A DNA stretch of 64,000 bases from Candidatus Latescibacterota bacterium (GTDB lineage: Bacteria; Latescibacterota; UBA2968; GCA-2709665): assembly GCA_963662665.2 (NCBI GenBank), contig CAXXJS010000030.1:1-64000 (forward strand), read 5' to 3'. Shown in pieces: positions 48,790 through 60,007 of this stretch (position 1 is its first letter; the number at the start of each line of letters is the position of its first letter). The notes beneath the pieces are model-generated. The model ran no database searches, was not told the origin of the DNA, and saw only the letters and a program-made list of their open reading frames with translations. A program made the translations under genes and the position numbers.

Positions 48790-50157
48790 ATGTCCGAGAA
48801 ACCCAATATTCTTGTTCTGATGTGCGACCAGCTACGCCGCGACGCGCTGTCGATTCACGGCGACGTGAACCTGCGAACGCCGAATATCGACGCGCTGGCA
48901 ACCAGGGGCGTCAGGTTTTCGAATGCCTGTTCAACCTATCCGATATGCGTGCCGTTCCGTTTCACGTTTATGACCGGCGAGTATGCGCACAGCCGGAAGG
49001 TCCCCGGTATCGAGTACCGCATGTCACCCACCGAATACACGTTGGCCGACGCGTTCAACGAGGCGGGGTACGAAACGGTCTACGTGGGAAAGTGGCACCT
49101 GGACGGCGGCCACGGGCGGATGGGTTCCGCGCTCGAATGCGGCCGTACGCCGGTACCCCGGGCGTACCAGGGCCGGTGGGAGAAGTGGTTCGGATTCGAG
49201 CTCAGAAACGCGCCCTTCGACACGTATTATTTCGAGGACGACGATCCGGCGCCAAGGCCCATCCGCGGTTATCAGACCGACGGGTTATATGATATCGGGA
49301 TGGACTACCTTGCCGGAGAACGGGATACGTCGCGGCCGTTTTGCATGGTCATCTCCGTGGAGCCCCCGCACGATCCGTTCGAAGCGCCACCCGATATCCA
49401 GGCGGCGTGGGAAGCCCGGGAAATTGAACTGCCGCCCAATTTCGAGGCGTCCGACGACGCGCGGCGCGACGCACTTGTACTGGATCGAAAGCGATATTAC
49501 GCGATGGTGGAGAATCTCGACGCCAACGTGAAGCGGATGACGGATTTTCTGACGGCGCAGGGGCTGGCGGAGAATACGGTGGTGATGTTCGTCTCGGATC
49601 ACGGCGAACTGGGCGGCAGCCACGGCTTGAAAGGGAAGCAGTGGCCGTATGAGGAATCGGTGGGAATTCCGGCGATAGTCCAAGACCCCCGTTTTCCAGG
49701 CCGTGCGGGCGCCGCCATCGAAGATCCGGTCTGCACGGAGGATTTCTTCCCGACGCTACTGGGTCTGGCGGGGCTGACCCCCGGCGAACATCTGCCTGGT
49801 ACAGACCTGTCTCCGCTGATTCGAGATGAGACGGAGTCGCTGGATCGGGAGGGCGTGATGCTGGAATTCGTGGCCGAACTCCGCAAGGGGATGGCGTTCA
49901 ACCGGTGGGTGTGGCGCGGGTTTCGCAGCCGGCGGTACAAATATACCGTCCGGGGAGACAAGATGGGCGCGGGCGCCTGGCAGTTTTTCGACCTGGAAGC
50001 CGATCTCTATGAACGCCGGAATCTGATCGATCACCCCGGCTTTCAGGGCGAAATCGCACGTCACCACGGGCTTCTCAGGGAACGGCTGATTGCAACAGGC
50101 GACCATTTCGTACTTCTGCCCGCGTTTGGATGCGAGGGAGTGAATATGTGGCAGTAG
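48790..50157 (+). CDS. Sulfatase (formylglycine type)
   Basis: PNIL..DQLR, CVPFR (CxPxR), GKWHL, SDHG. Confidence 0.94.
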   Translation: MSEKPNILVLMCDQLRRDALSIHGDVNLRTPNIDALATRGVRFSNACSTYPICVPFRFTFMTGEYAHSRKVPGIEYRMSPTEYTLADAFNEAGYETVYVGKWHLDGGHGRMGSALECGRTPVPRAYQGRWEKWFGFELRNAPFDTYYFEDDDPAPRPIRGYQTDGLYDIGMDYLAGERDTSRPFCMVISVEPPHDPFEAPPDIQAAWEAREIELPPNFEASDDARRDALVLDRKRYYAMVENLDANVKRMTDFLTAQGLAENTVVMFVSDHGELGGSHGLKGKQWPYEESVGIPAIVQDPRFPGRAGAAIEDPVCTEDFFPTLLGLAGLTPGEHLPGTDLSPLIRDETESLDREGVMLEFVAELRKGMAFNRWVWRGFRSRRYKYTVRGDKMGAGAWQFFDLEADLYERRNLIDHPGFQGEIARHHGLLRERLIATGDHFVLLPAFGCEGVNMWQ

Positions 50158-50196
50158 GGCTTGGGAAAGGATATCCGGTGTGTCTTCTTCAATGAA

Positions 50197-51237
<1,041 letters not shown>

Positions 51238-51287
51238 CGGGTGGATCCGCGCGTTCGGTCCCGTTTCCAGGGATGATCCGCACGGCC

Positions 51288-51668
51288 TTAAAGAGAGGGT
51301 GTCTCGGCGAGTGAGGGGTCTTCTTCGATGCGTTCGGCCGGGGCGTCGCCCCAGAGGCGGTCGAGGCGATAGAACGCGCGTGCCTTTGGCTGGAAGATGT
51401 GTACGACAACGTCGATATAGTCGAACAGAACCCAGGTGCGTGATTCCAGGCCCTCAATGTGCCACGGCCGGTAGCCCGCCGCCTTCGTGCCTTCCTGCAA
51501 CCCGTCGGCGAGGGCCTTGACGTGTACAGCCGAATTGCCCGTGCAGATGAGAAAGTAGTCCGCGACGTCGGAGACCGTGCGCAAATCGATCAGAAGAAGG
51601 TCTTCGCCCTTTCGGGACTGAAGGCATTCGACACAGATATCCAGAATTTCGCGTATCTGATTGGACAA
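51288..51668 (-). CDS. rsfS: Ribosome silencing factor
   Basis: ADYFLICTG, WVLFDYIDVVVHIF..R.FYRLDRLW. Confidence 0.95.
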   Translation of the reverse strand: MSNQIREILDICVECLQSRKGEDLLLIDLRTVSDVADYFLICTGNSAVHVKALADGLQEGTKAAGYRPWHIEGLESRTWVLFDYIDVVVHIFQPKARAFYRLDRLWGDAPAERIEEDPSLAETPSL

Positions 51669-51731
51669 TGCGGTTCCGCTCCGTGCGGAGATTAAGATAA
51701 CTCACGGTCATCGGATGTGCCGCGTCTGACG

Positions 51732-52265
51732 TTATTGTCGCGGCCGATCGCGGGAGATGGCACCCAGACGGTCATAATCCCTGCCGATGATGACCGCGAC
51801 CTGTTCGATGCGATAGGGGTCATGGACGATTTGTTGAATATGCGTCCGAAGCCCCATTGCGCCGGCCACCCTGCGTGCGTTTTCAAGGTTGCCCGTCCGG
51901 TCGATGACGATGGTTTCGGGATAGTTGAAACTGTCGGCGTTCTTCCACGTCATAACGTCGAAGCCGGCATCCCGCAGATGACGACTCACTTTTTCCGCGA
52001 TACCGGAAACCCCGCAGCCGTTGAGTACTTCAATCCGGATTACCTTGAATGAATCCGGCTTTGGACCGGCGAGTGTTTCCGGCTTCAGTTCGGCGGGAAG
52101 GTCAGGCTTCGGTTCGACGGGAGGTCCGGGCTTAGCCCCGGTAACAGCTTCAGGCGATGGTTCGGCGAAAGGAGATTTCGACGGCAGCCGGCGCTGGATA
52201 TCGAGGACGACGAGCGTGGCAAAGGCCAACGCCGCCAGAGCGGACAACACGATTTTTCGTGACAT
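51732..52265 (-). CDS. LytR C-terminal domain membrane protein
   Basis: N-terminal TM; IEVLNGCGVSGIA..NAD..VIIGRDY. Confidence 0.88.
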   Translation of the reverse strand: MSRKIVLSALAALAFATLVVLDIQRRLPSKSPFAEPSPEAVTGAKPGPPVEPKPDLPAELKPETLAGPKPDSFKVIRIEVLNGCGVSGIAEKVSRHLRDAGFDVMTWKNADSFNYPETIVIDRTGNLENARRVAGAMGLRTHIQQIVHDPYRIEQVAVIIGRDYDRLGAISRDRPRQ

Positions 52266-52343
52266 CTGCTATGCCCGAAAAACGAAACGGGACACTGCCC
52301 GGACCCGGTGTCCCGTTAGAAAAAGCGACCCGCACCCGACATC

Positions 52344-52838
52344 CTAATACCGATATCTTCCTCTGGATCGATAATAGGGCGAATTGCTGATCTGGATTTC
52401 GATTTGGATGTTTTCTCTGGGCTGGTAAAACATGCCGACGTATGGAATGACAAGCTTCGTGCTGTTACCCAGGGAGGACCCGAACGCGGAGTTGCCCTGA
52501 AGCACGTGTTCGAGGCCGACCTGCGCTTCGAACAACAGGGGCGTTTTCGAATTTGCACGGTAGCTGATGGTATTCAGATAGTACTGGCTCGCGCCGCCGA
52601 ACGCGCCTGAGCGAAAGTTGAATCCGACCGTGTTCTTGAAGGAGAGCCGGCCGGAATCGAACAGGCCGTTGATTTTTTCGCCCAGCCCGAAGGGTTTGGG
52701 ACCAAAGTCGACTGTATTGAGGGCGAAAGGGTTCGCCGGCCGGCGTTCCGGCCGATCATCCGCGGAAGCCAGAGAGGCTGTCATAAAGACAACCGCCAGT
52801 ACACCCGTGAGCATTTTCATTCGGTCATCCTCCTCCAT
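52344..52838 (-). CDS. Hypothetical secreted protein
   Basis: Signal peptide (ASLASA) followed by a beta-rich body. Confidence 0.65.
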   Translation of the reverse strand: MEEDDRMKMLTGVLAVVFMTASLASADDRPERRPANPFALNTVDFGPKPFGLGEKINGLFDSGRLSFKNTVGFNFRSGAFGGASQYYLNTISYRANSKTPLLFEAQVGLEHVLQGNSAFGSSLGNSTKLVIPYVGMFYQPRENIQIEIQISNSPYYRSRGRYRY

Positions 52839-53033
52839 TCCCGGCCTGAATTCAATCAGCAGATTGCGACAAAAGGATACGACAATTGTATTTTCTTGTC
52901 AAGGGGTATCGACGCCAACCGGCATCCTGCGATTATTGGACGTTTAACAGGTGAAAATCGTTCCATAATCCATCTGCCGGCGCTACCGCGCCCGTGAACG
53001 GCCCGGCGCACCGGAACGTTACGTGGAGATCGT

Positions 53034-54155
53034 CTACGCCTTTTTCATAAGGTCCGCGAACCGGTCGAAGAGATATTCGGCATCGTGAGGGCCGGCGGAA
53101 GCTTCCGGGTGATATTGTACGCAGAAGATGGGCAGGCGCTTGTGTCTCAACCCTTCAAGGGTGTTGTCGTTCAAATTGACGTGGGTGATTTCCACGTCCC
53201 GCTGATCCAGCGAATCCGCGTCGACGGCGAACCCGTGGTTCTGGGAGGTTATTTCCACCCTGCCCGTATCCAGTTCTCTGACAGGCTGGTTGGCGCCCCG
53301 GTGACCGAACTTGAGCTTGTATGTTTTCCCGCCAAGGGCCAGACCCAGAAGCTGATGGCCAAGACAGATGCCGAACGTGGGTTTCAGGTGCATGAGCTGT
53401 CTGATGTTTTCCACCGCGTACGTGACCGGCTCGGGGTCGCCGGGCCCGTTTGACAGGAAGATTCCGTCCGGATCGATTTCGAGCAGTTGATCCGGCGGCG
53501 CGTCCGCAGGGAAAACAGTGACGTCGCAGCCCCGGCTGACGAGGTGCCGCAGGATGTTCCGCTTAACGCCGAAATCATATACGGCCACACGGAAGAGGGG
53601 TTCTTCGCGCAGCGTTTCCGCCCGCCCGTTTTCATAGTTGAACAGTCCCTCGGTCCAGCGGAAGGGTTCGCTGCAACTGGCAGCGCGGGCAAGGTCCCGT
53701 CCCTCCATACCCGGCATCTTCCGGGCCTTTTCTACGAGACGCTCCCGGTCCCGGTCGACCGTGGACAGGACGCTCTTCATGGCGCCTTCCGTGCGGATAC
53801 GCCGCGTGAGCGCCCGGGTGTCTATCCCCTGTATGCCCAGGACGTCGTGGCGTTTCAGGTAGTTGCCGAGGGATTCGCTGGAGCGCCAGTTGCTGGGCAG
53901 TTCGCAGTATTCCCGGACGACGAATCCTTCAACCTGGGGCCGCGCGGACTCGACGTCGTTCGCATTAACGCCGTAGTTACCAATGAGGGGGTAGGTCATC
54001 GTGACAATCTGACCAGTGTAAGAGGGATCGGTGAGGATTTCCTGATAGCCGGTGATGCTGGTGTTGAAGACGACCTCGCCCACGCATTCACCGGGCGCGC
54101 CGAAGGACTCTCCTTCGTAACAGGTGCCGTCTTCCAGGGCAAGTATTGCTTTCAT
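53034..54155 (-). CDS. carA: Carbamoyl-phosphate synthase small subunit
   Basis: GEVVFNT..GYQE..TDPSY, SNGPGDP, GICLGHQ, QYHPEA. Confidence 0.97.
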   Translation of the reverse strand: MKAILALEDGTCYEGESFGAPGECVGEVVFNTSITGYQEILTDPSYTGQIVTMTYPLIGNYGVNANDVESARPQVEGFVVREYCELPSNWRSSESLGNYLKRHDVLGIQGIDTRALTRRIRTEGAMKSVLSTVDRDRERLVEKARKMPGMEGRDLARAASCSEPFRWTEGLFNYENGRAETLREEPLFRVAVYDFGVKRNILRHLVSRGCDVTVFPADAPPDQLLEIDPDGIFLSNGPGDPEPVTYAVENIRQLMHLKPTFGICLGHQLLGLALGGKTYKLKFGHRGANQPVRELDTGRVEITSQNHGFAVDADSLDQRDVEITHVNLNDNTLEGLRHKRLPIFCVQYHPEASAGPHDAEYLFDRFADLMKKA

Positions 54156-54224
54156 GGTCGGGGGTCGCTCCTCAGGGGTGCTGCATTCAGGTCTGTTTGA
54201 TGGTCTCCGGTTCGGTGTCACGCA

Positions 54225-55544
54225 TCAGACGGCACAGGCCGCACAATCTGTGTGTTCGCCCGCGTTGTGGGTCACGCGTCCGCCGAGGATCGTGAGAATG
54301 GCCCTGCCGGTTAACGTGTGCCCGTGAAAGGGCGTGTTCCGGGATCTGGAACGGAACGTGTTTGCATCGACGGTCCAGGTCCGCGTTGGATCGATGACAG
54401 TGACGTCTCCCGGGGCGCCGGGAGACAGGGTGCCGCCGGCTATGCCCAGGATTCGGGCGGGCGCCGCGGTGAGTTTGCGGATAACTTCGGATGCGGAAAG
54501 GATGCCGGGTTCAACAAGATGGGTAAAAAAGGTCCCCACGGCGGTTTCAAGCCCCAGGATTCCGTTGGGAGCGTCGGGGAAGCACTGGAGTTTTTCCGTA
54601 ACCGTGTGCGGCGCATGGTCTGTGGCAAGTGCATCGATAGTGCCGTCGGTGAGTCCCTCGAGCAGGGCATCGCGATCGTCGGCCGAACGCAGTGGAGGGC
54701 TCATCTTGCCCTGAGTTCCGTAAACGCGCACGTCTTCGTCCGTGAGCGCGACGTGGTGCGGCATGGCTTCGCATGTAACGTCCAGACCCTCCGACTTGGC
54801 GCGGCGAACGAGATCCACGGCGCGCCGAACGCTGATATGGAGAATGTGCAGGCGCCCGCCGACCGAGCGCAACAGGTTGATGTCCCGCTCGACCATCGCC
54901 GCCTCGCCTTCAGCCGGCATGCCGTCAATTCCCAGTTCGCGCGACACGGCGCCTTCGTGCATGTGCCCGCCCTTTGTGAGCGCCAATACCTCGGAGTGGG
55001 GGCAAACCGGAAATCCGTGCCGTTCCGACAGTCGCAGGAGATCGCGCATCACGGCGTCGGATTCTATAGGCAGACCGTCGTCGGAGAAGCCGACGGCGCC
55101 GGCATCCAGAAGAACATCGACGTCGGTGAGTTCTCCTCCCTTCATCCCTTTTGTCCCGCAGGCGATCGGATAGACCCTGGCATCCGCCTTTTTGGCTTTA
55201 TTCAGAATGTACTCGACGGTTTCCGGGGAATCGATTGGCGGGTCGGTGTTGGGCAGGCAGGCGACCGATGTAAATCCTCCCGCCGCCGCCGCCCTACACC
55301 CGGTTTCCACTGTTTCTTTCTCGGGAAACCCCGGGTCCCGCAGGTGGACGTGCATGTCGATCAGCCCGGGCGCGACCAGGTTTCCGGCAACGTCGATGAC
55401 ATGGGCGCCGGCCGGGGGTTCGATTCCTGCGCCAATACGGTCGATGCGGCCGTTGCGAATCAAGAGGTCAGCGTACGCGTCCCCTGCGTTGGCGGGATCG
55501 ATGACCCGTCCGTTTTTGAGGAGAATTGGGGTGGCCGTGCTCAT
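54225..55544 (-). CDS. pyrC: Dihydroorotase
   Basis: DMHVHLRDPG, FSDDG, ATDHAPH, SRNTPF. Confidence 0.95.
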   Translation of the reverse strand: MSTATPILLKNGRVIDPANAGDAYADLLIRNGRIDRIGAGIEPPAGAHVIDVAGNLVAPGLIDMHVHLRDPGFPEKETVETGCRAAAAGGFTSVACLPNTDPPIDSPETVEYILNKAKKADARVYPIACGTKGMKGGELTDVDVLLDAGAVGFSDDGLPIESDAVMRDLLRLSERHGFPVCPHSEVLALTKGGHMHEGAVSRELGIDGMPAEGEAAMVERDINLLRSVGGRLHILHISVRRAVDLVRRAKSEGLDVTCEAMPHHVALTDEDVRVYGTQGKMSPPLRSADDRDALLEGLTDGTIDALATDHAPHTVTEKLQCFPDAPNGILGLETAVGTFFTHLVEPGILSASEVIRKLTAAPARILGIAGGTLSPGAPGDVTVIDPTRTWTVDANTFRSRSRNTPFHGHTLTGRAILTILGGRVTHNAGEHTDCAACAV

Positions 55545-55719
55545 TGGGAGGCGGTGTGACGGCGGTGAGGGATTTTGAATGCAAAGTTACCGGTGGGCGC
55601 CATATCTGTCAAGCGGATTCCATTGAACAGAGGTGAATCGGCTTCGCGCGGCTTGCTGTTTCACGGGACCGTGCGTATCTTCCTTGAGAATCGACGTCGA
55701 AAACGAATGGAGGCATACG

Positions 55720-56850
55720 ATGGTTTCGATATTTCTGATAGCGCCTGTTTTTCTGGCTTTGTTGATGGGTCCCGCGGGGGCCGCCGCCTCGGAAGGGGAC
55801 GATTCGAAGTTGTCCCATATTGCATTGCCAGGGCCTGAAGATCTGGAGATTGCCGCGGACGAAGACGAGGCGTTTTTGGAGGATGTGCTGCGCGGCATCT
55901 TTCCGGAAGGAACCGGGGGGTTGACGGACGAGCAGAAGGGAATCGCGATACTTCGGTACGCATCGTCGGCGCTCGAACTGAAAAACAACGGAGGGTCAGC
56001 CACGAAGATTATCAGGGAGGGTTATGCGATCTGTGGCGGGCTCTCGCACGTGCATCGGGTGCTTTGCCGGATGGTGGGACTGCCCGCCCGGTATATCGGC
56101 GCGTTCAATCTCCGTCCAATCATGGGCAGCCACGCGATCAGCGAGGTGTATTACGGCGGGAAATGGCGTCTGCTGGACCCCACTTTCGGCCTGTTCTTCT
56201 ATTCGAAAGAGCAATATGACGGCACGGGAGAAATCGCGTCGTTTTACGATCTTGTGATGGCGCCGGACCAATGGACGCCGTTCAAGGTGGTGGAACGGCC
56301 CTGGGTTGGCCGGTACGACGATGAGGTGCGGGCGTTCGGGGTTGCGGCGGCGGAAGCGGATTATCTGAAGGATGTGTACCGGACGTCGATCCTGGAACTC
56401 TACGGGAAGTACGCGGCCGAGACATTTCCGATTGCCTACGGACACCGCGACCCGGTTTCCTATCCGGTCGACGCGGACCTGAGGGAACGGGAAGAGATGC
56501 GGGTTGGCGAGGCGGACGGAAACGCCCGGGACGTGCTGAGGCTGGTGTCGAACGGGTCCGATTACGTGGGCGGCCACTATCTGGGCGGGTCGTATCCGCC
56601 CGGATTTCATACCTGGTCGATCAGGACGCCGGGGCCGTGTCGTGTGCGGATCGAGTATTTCAGTACGCACGACGACCCGCCCGGTCTCAAGCCGACGCCA
56701 TTGAAGGCCGCGCGAATCGTCTCCGTTCAAACGGAGGGGAGAAGGGTCGCTATGGACCTCCAGGTGATCGGGCCGGAGGCGATTGTGTCGATCTATTGCC
56801 CCGAAGGAACGTTTGCCGTGGATGCCATTCGGGCTGTGCGTGTGCGTTGA
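55720..56850 (+). CDS. Secreted transglutaminase-like domain protein
   Basis: Signal peptide; Cys-His-Asp pattern AICGG..HAISEVYY..W.LLDPT. Confidence 0.8.
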   Translation: MVSIFLIAPVFLALLMGPAGAAASEGDDSKLSHIALPGPEDLEIAADEDEAFLEDVLRGIFPEGTGGLTDEQKGIAILRYASSALELKNNGGSATKIIREGYAICGGLSHVHRVLCRMVGLPARYIGAFNLRPIMGSHAISEVYYGGKWRLLDPTFGLFFYSKEQYDGTGEIASFYDLVMAPDQWTPFKVVERPWVGRYDDEVRAFGVAAAEADYLKDVYRTSILELYGKYAAETFPIAYGHRDPVSYPVDADLREREEMRVGEADGNARDVLRLVSNGSDYVGGHYLGGSYPPGFHTWSIRTPGPCRVRIEYFSTHDDPPGLKPTPLKAARIVSVQTEGRRVAMDLQVIGPEAIVSIYCPEGTFAVDAIRAVRVR

Positions 56851-56916
56851 ACAGGCGCACCCTCGAACCCGCGCCAGGATATTATTAATGAAATCTTTTC
56901 GTCAAGGAGTCAAATA

Positions 56917-59424
56917 ATGGCCCGTATTCTGCGTGACGAACGTCCCCGGCTGTATCGTCCGGTCGACGATCTGAGGTATACGTTCAGTCCGCCGGAGGAT
57001 TTGGCGCGAGGACGTATTCTGGAAAACATCCTCGCGGACTGCGAGGAATACTATCCTCAGCGTCCGTGGAAACGGATCCCCGAACGGTCGGACAGCCCGC
57101 ACCCTTACCATCAGTTGTACCTCACGTTCTATACAGGGATGCACGCAACGGCGCTCATGGAGAACTTTGCGTTTGCGTGGAAGCTGACCGGAGACCCGCG
57201 CTGGCTGAAACGAGCGAGAGACTGGATGCGGGCGGCGGCGGATTGGGAACACAGTGATCGTGTGGAGGAGCATTTCTATACTGCAAATCGCTATATGCAG
57301 GCGTTTGCGCTCTCGCTGGACCTGCTGGACGACGTGTTGCCGGAAGGTGAGAAGGAACGGGCAACCGCGTGCCTCGTCCGGTTGATGGAGCGCTGGTGGC
57401 CCGACGTGGAACGGTCCAGGCATTCGTCCGACGGACGGCACCACGCCGTCGTCGACAATGGACACTTCGGCGTGGCGGCACTGCATCTGCTGGGAACACA
57501 TCCCGATGCGGAAGCGTGGGTGGCTGCTGTCATCGACAGGTTTCGCAACGGGGTGATGCCCCATGGCTGCGGGCGGGACGGCGAGCCCGGCGACGGCGCC
57601 AGTTTCTGGCCGTGGGAGAATCTGTGGATGCTTCACTTCGCCGACGCGCTGAGAAATGTGACCGGTGAGGATCTCTACAAGGCGTTCCCGAAGCGCCTGG
57701 AACGGCCCCTGAAGTGGTTCCGTTACCACCTGGCGCCGCCGGAGATGATCGAAGACATGGTCTATTATCCGCAGAATTCAAACGTGATTACAGGCAGTCA
57801 GCTCAATGCATGTTCGGTGACCCTGCTTCGCCTGGCGCAGGAGGCGGGAGACGGGGAGATGCGGGACGTAGCGCTTGCCGATCCGAGACTGGGGCGGCTT
57901 TACAGATTCGGGATGGGCGTGAAGGGCACCACGGCCGAGTGCATCGTCTCGTACGGTCCCTACGCGTATTGCTATTGCGATCCGGCGTTCCGGCCTTTGC
58001 GCCGCAGGAAGGCATTGCCGCTGTCCAGGACGTTCATGCGGGCGCACTACGGCGAGGCGGGGCTCCTGCGCAGTGGATGGAACAGGGACGCGGTTGTCTG
58101 CAGCGTGACCGGATACAAGGGCGGGGGCGCCCACGGGTATTTGAACCTGCACGTGCAGTGGTCCGGATATCCGGTCCTGCAGTCGATCTCCGCGGAAGAA
58201 GCGCAGCCGGTGGCGTGCGGGAGTCTTCCCTTCGTGGGCGGACAGAACGAGATCGTTGCGTTTCTGAAGCGGCTGGATACGGATGAGCGGCTCGACCGGC
58301 TGCGCGTCCGGTCCGTTCGAACGGACCAGGAATACTGGCTATTGAAGGGGGCGTCTCCGATCATGGTGACGGCATTGAGACGCCGGCGTCGTGGGGTGAA
58401 GTTTATGAAAGGGCGGGGCGGGGGATTTGCACGATTGAATGGACGGGACTGTCTGCAGTACGAACGCGAGCCGTACTTCAATCCCAGGGCCGGTGAATTG
58501 AAGTTGCGTTTCCGGCTGAACGGTGAGACCAGGGAAGACGGCCCGGGGGTTCTTTTCAATACGGGAATCGGCGTGGGGCGCGTGATGGGAAACCGCGTGA
58601 ACAATTATTCGCTGGCTATAATGGAAGGCAACGCGCTCACGTTTGTCGTGCAGAGCCAGCGGAACACGTCTGTAGAGGTGACGTCGCCCGTGAAAATCGA
58701 ACCCGGCAGGTGGTACGACGCGGCCATACGATGGGGCGGGTTCAACCGCCGGGGCGACAGGCCGTTCATCGAGATCGAAGTTGACGGTCGCCAGGACCGG
58801 TTCGACGATCCCGCGGTTTTCGGAGAACTGGGGGTGGATTCGCAGAATCTCGAGTCGCGCGCCGAGCCCAGGACGTTCTTCATCAAGTCGAATACGGTAC
58901 TGGCCTTCGGCGGCGCGGTCCAGATGCCGGGGACGGGGTTGAAATGCGATCTCGAAATGCTGGACCTGAAGTGCCCCGGGCGCCGGCGACTGATGGTGGA
59001 TTTCGAGACGGACCTGGGGCCCGAAACAGGAAGCGCTGCGCTTGGATGGAAGCTGAACCCGGTGGACCTGCGCGACGTGCGGTCGGACCGCGCGCAATTC
59101 GGGGCGGGGGACCGGACCGTCGACGTGCTGCCGCTTTATGGCGACGATGCCGCGTTTGAGCAGGAGGAAGTCCCCTTCGCGCCCGCCGGACTGGCGGCAG
59201 GGAGCCTGAAGAGCTTCGTCCCGGGCGGCCGGGACGCCAGCACACGCGTGCGACTGTCGACATCAGGAGATATCCTGGTGTTTGCTTTCGTAGACCGCCG
59301 GGCGGAGGCGCAAGTCGTGCCTGGCGAGGACGGGTTTGAGATTGCCGCCGGAAAAGAGCGGTACGCGTTCGACGTGAACAGGAAGGGCGAGGAGATCCTG
59401 TCTATGCGTCGTACACCCGGTTAG
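56917..59424 (+). CDS. Heparinase II/III- or polysaccharide-lyase-like protein with LamG-like insert
   Basis: Alpha-toroid-like N-terminus (AFAWKLTGD..A..W), LLRSGW, beta-sandwich IEPGRWYDAAIRW. Family assigned by resemblance only. Confidence 0.6.
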   Translation: MARILRDERPRLYRPVDDLRYTFSPPEDLARGRILENILADCEEYYPQRPWKRIPERSDSPHPYHQLYLTFYTGMHATALMENFAFAWKLTGDPRWLKRARDWMRAAADWEHSDRVEEHFYTANRYMQAFALSLDLLDDVLPEGEKERATACLVRLMERWWPDVERSRHSSDGRHHAVVDNGHFGVAALHLLGTHPDAEAWVAAVIDRFRNGVMPHGCGRDGEPGDGASFWPWENLWMLHFADALRNVTGEDLYKAFPKRLERPLKWFRYHLAPPEMIEDMVYYPQNSNVITGSQLNACSVTLLRLAQEAGDGEMRDVALADPRLGRLYRFGMGVKGTTAECIVSYGPYAYCYCDPAFRPLRRRKALPLSRTFMRAHYGEAGLLRSGWNRDAVVCSVTGYKGGGAHGYLNLHVQWSGYPVLQSISAEEAQPVACGSLPFVGGQNEIVAFLKRLDTDERLDRLRVRSVRTDQEYWLLKGASPIMVTALRRRRRGVKFMKGRGGGFARLNGRDCLQYEREPYFNPRAGELKLRFRLNGETREDGPGVLFNTGIGVGRVMGNRVNNYSLAIMEGNALTFVVQSQRNTSVEVTSPVKIEPGRWYDAAIRWGGFNRRGDRPFIEIEVDGRQDRFDDPAVFGELGVDSQNLESRAEPRTFFIKSNTVLAFGGAVQMPGTGLKCDLEMLDLKCPGRRRLMVDFETDLGPETGSAALGWKLNPVDLRDVRSDRAQFGAGDRTVDVLPLYGDDAAFEQEEVPFAPAGLAAGSLKSFVPGGRDASTRVRLSTSGDILVFAFVDRRAEAQVVPGEDGFEIAAGKERYAFDVNRKGEEILSMRRTPG

Positions 59425-60007
59425 AGTGATGTTGTTCTGAGGTGTAAATTTACCGTCATACCCTAATGTTCCGTTCAATAGAAAGACAGCTATCCATACG
59501 AGTGAAAAATATCAGGGCGGAGCGGATAATATGGCCAAGACATTGACGAGGGATTTTGCAAATAACGGAAGCGAGCATTCTTTGGCTGTGCAGATACTGG
59601 GAGGGATACCGAGGTCGATGATGCCGGAACTAGATGTACCGGTCCGCGCGAAGCCTTGTCGGTTGACGGCACAACAATGGCGGCGCCTCCGCGGCGTTTA
59701 ATCTGTCTTTCTCGAGTGTTTCGATACGAAACATTGCCCCTTCTGCAGCAGATCCGAGGTAATCTCAATTCGGTTTACTGGCCGGCTGTGATGTTGTGTC
59801 GCCTATTATGGATCGGAAGACCTTTGCCGATTGGGATATGAAGTTTGCCTCGGGGTGCCGTTCCTGATGCGCAAGACCTCACTCTGAGTGGTAAAAGTTC
59901 GAATTTAAGCGTTGTTGTTGAACGACGGAGAATGTAGTTTTGCCAAATGGCAGACGTTCGATGTGCTCCGAGACCGGAAAACCAACGTCGTAGGGGGATC
60001 GATATTT

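Noticed and set aside
59425-60007. Partner gene upstream of the helicase
   Set aside because: Only short overlapping ORFs without motifs; a call cannot be supported.
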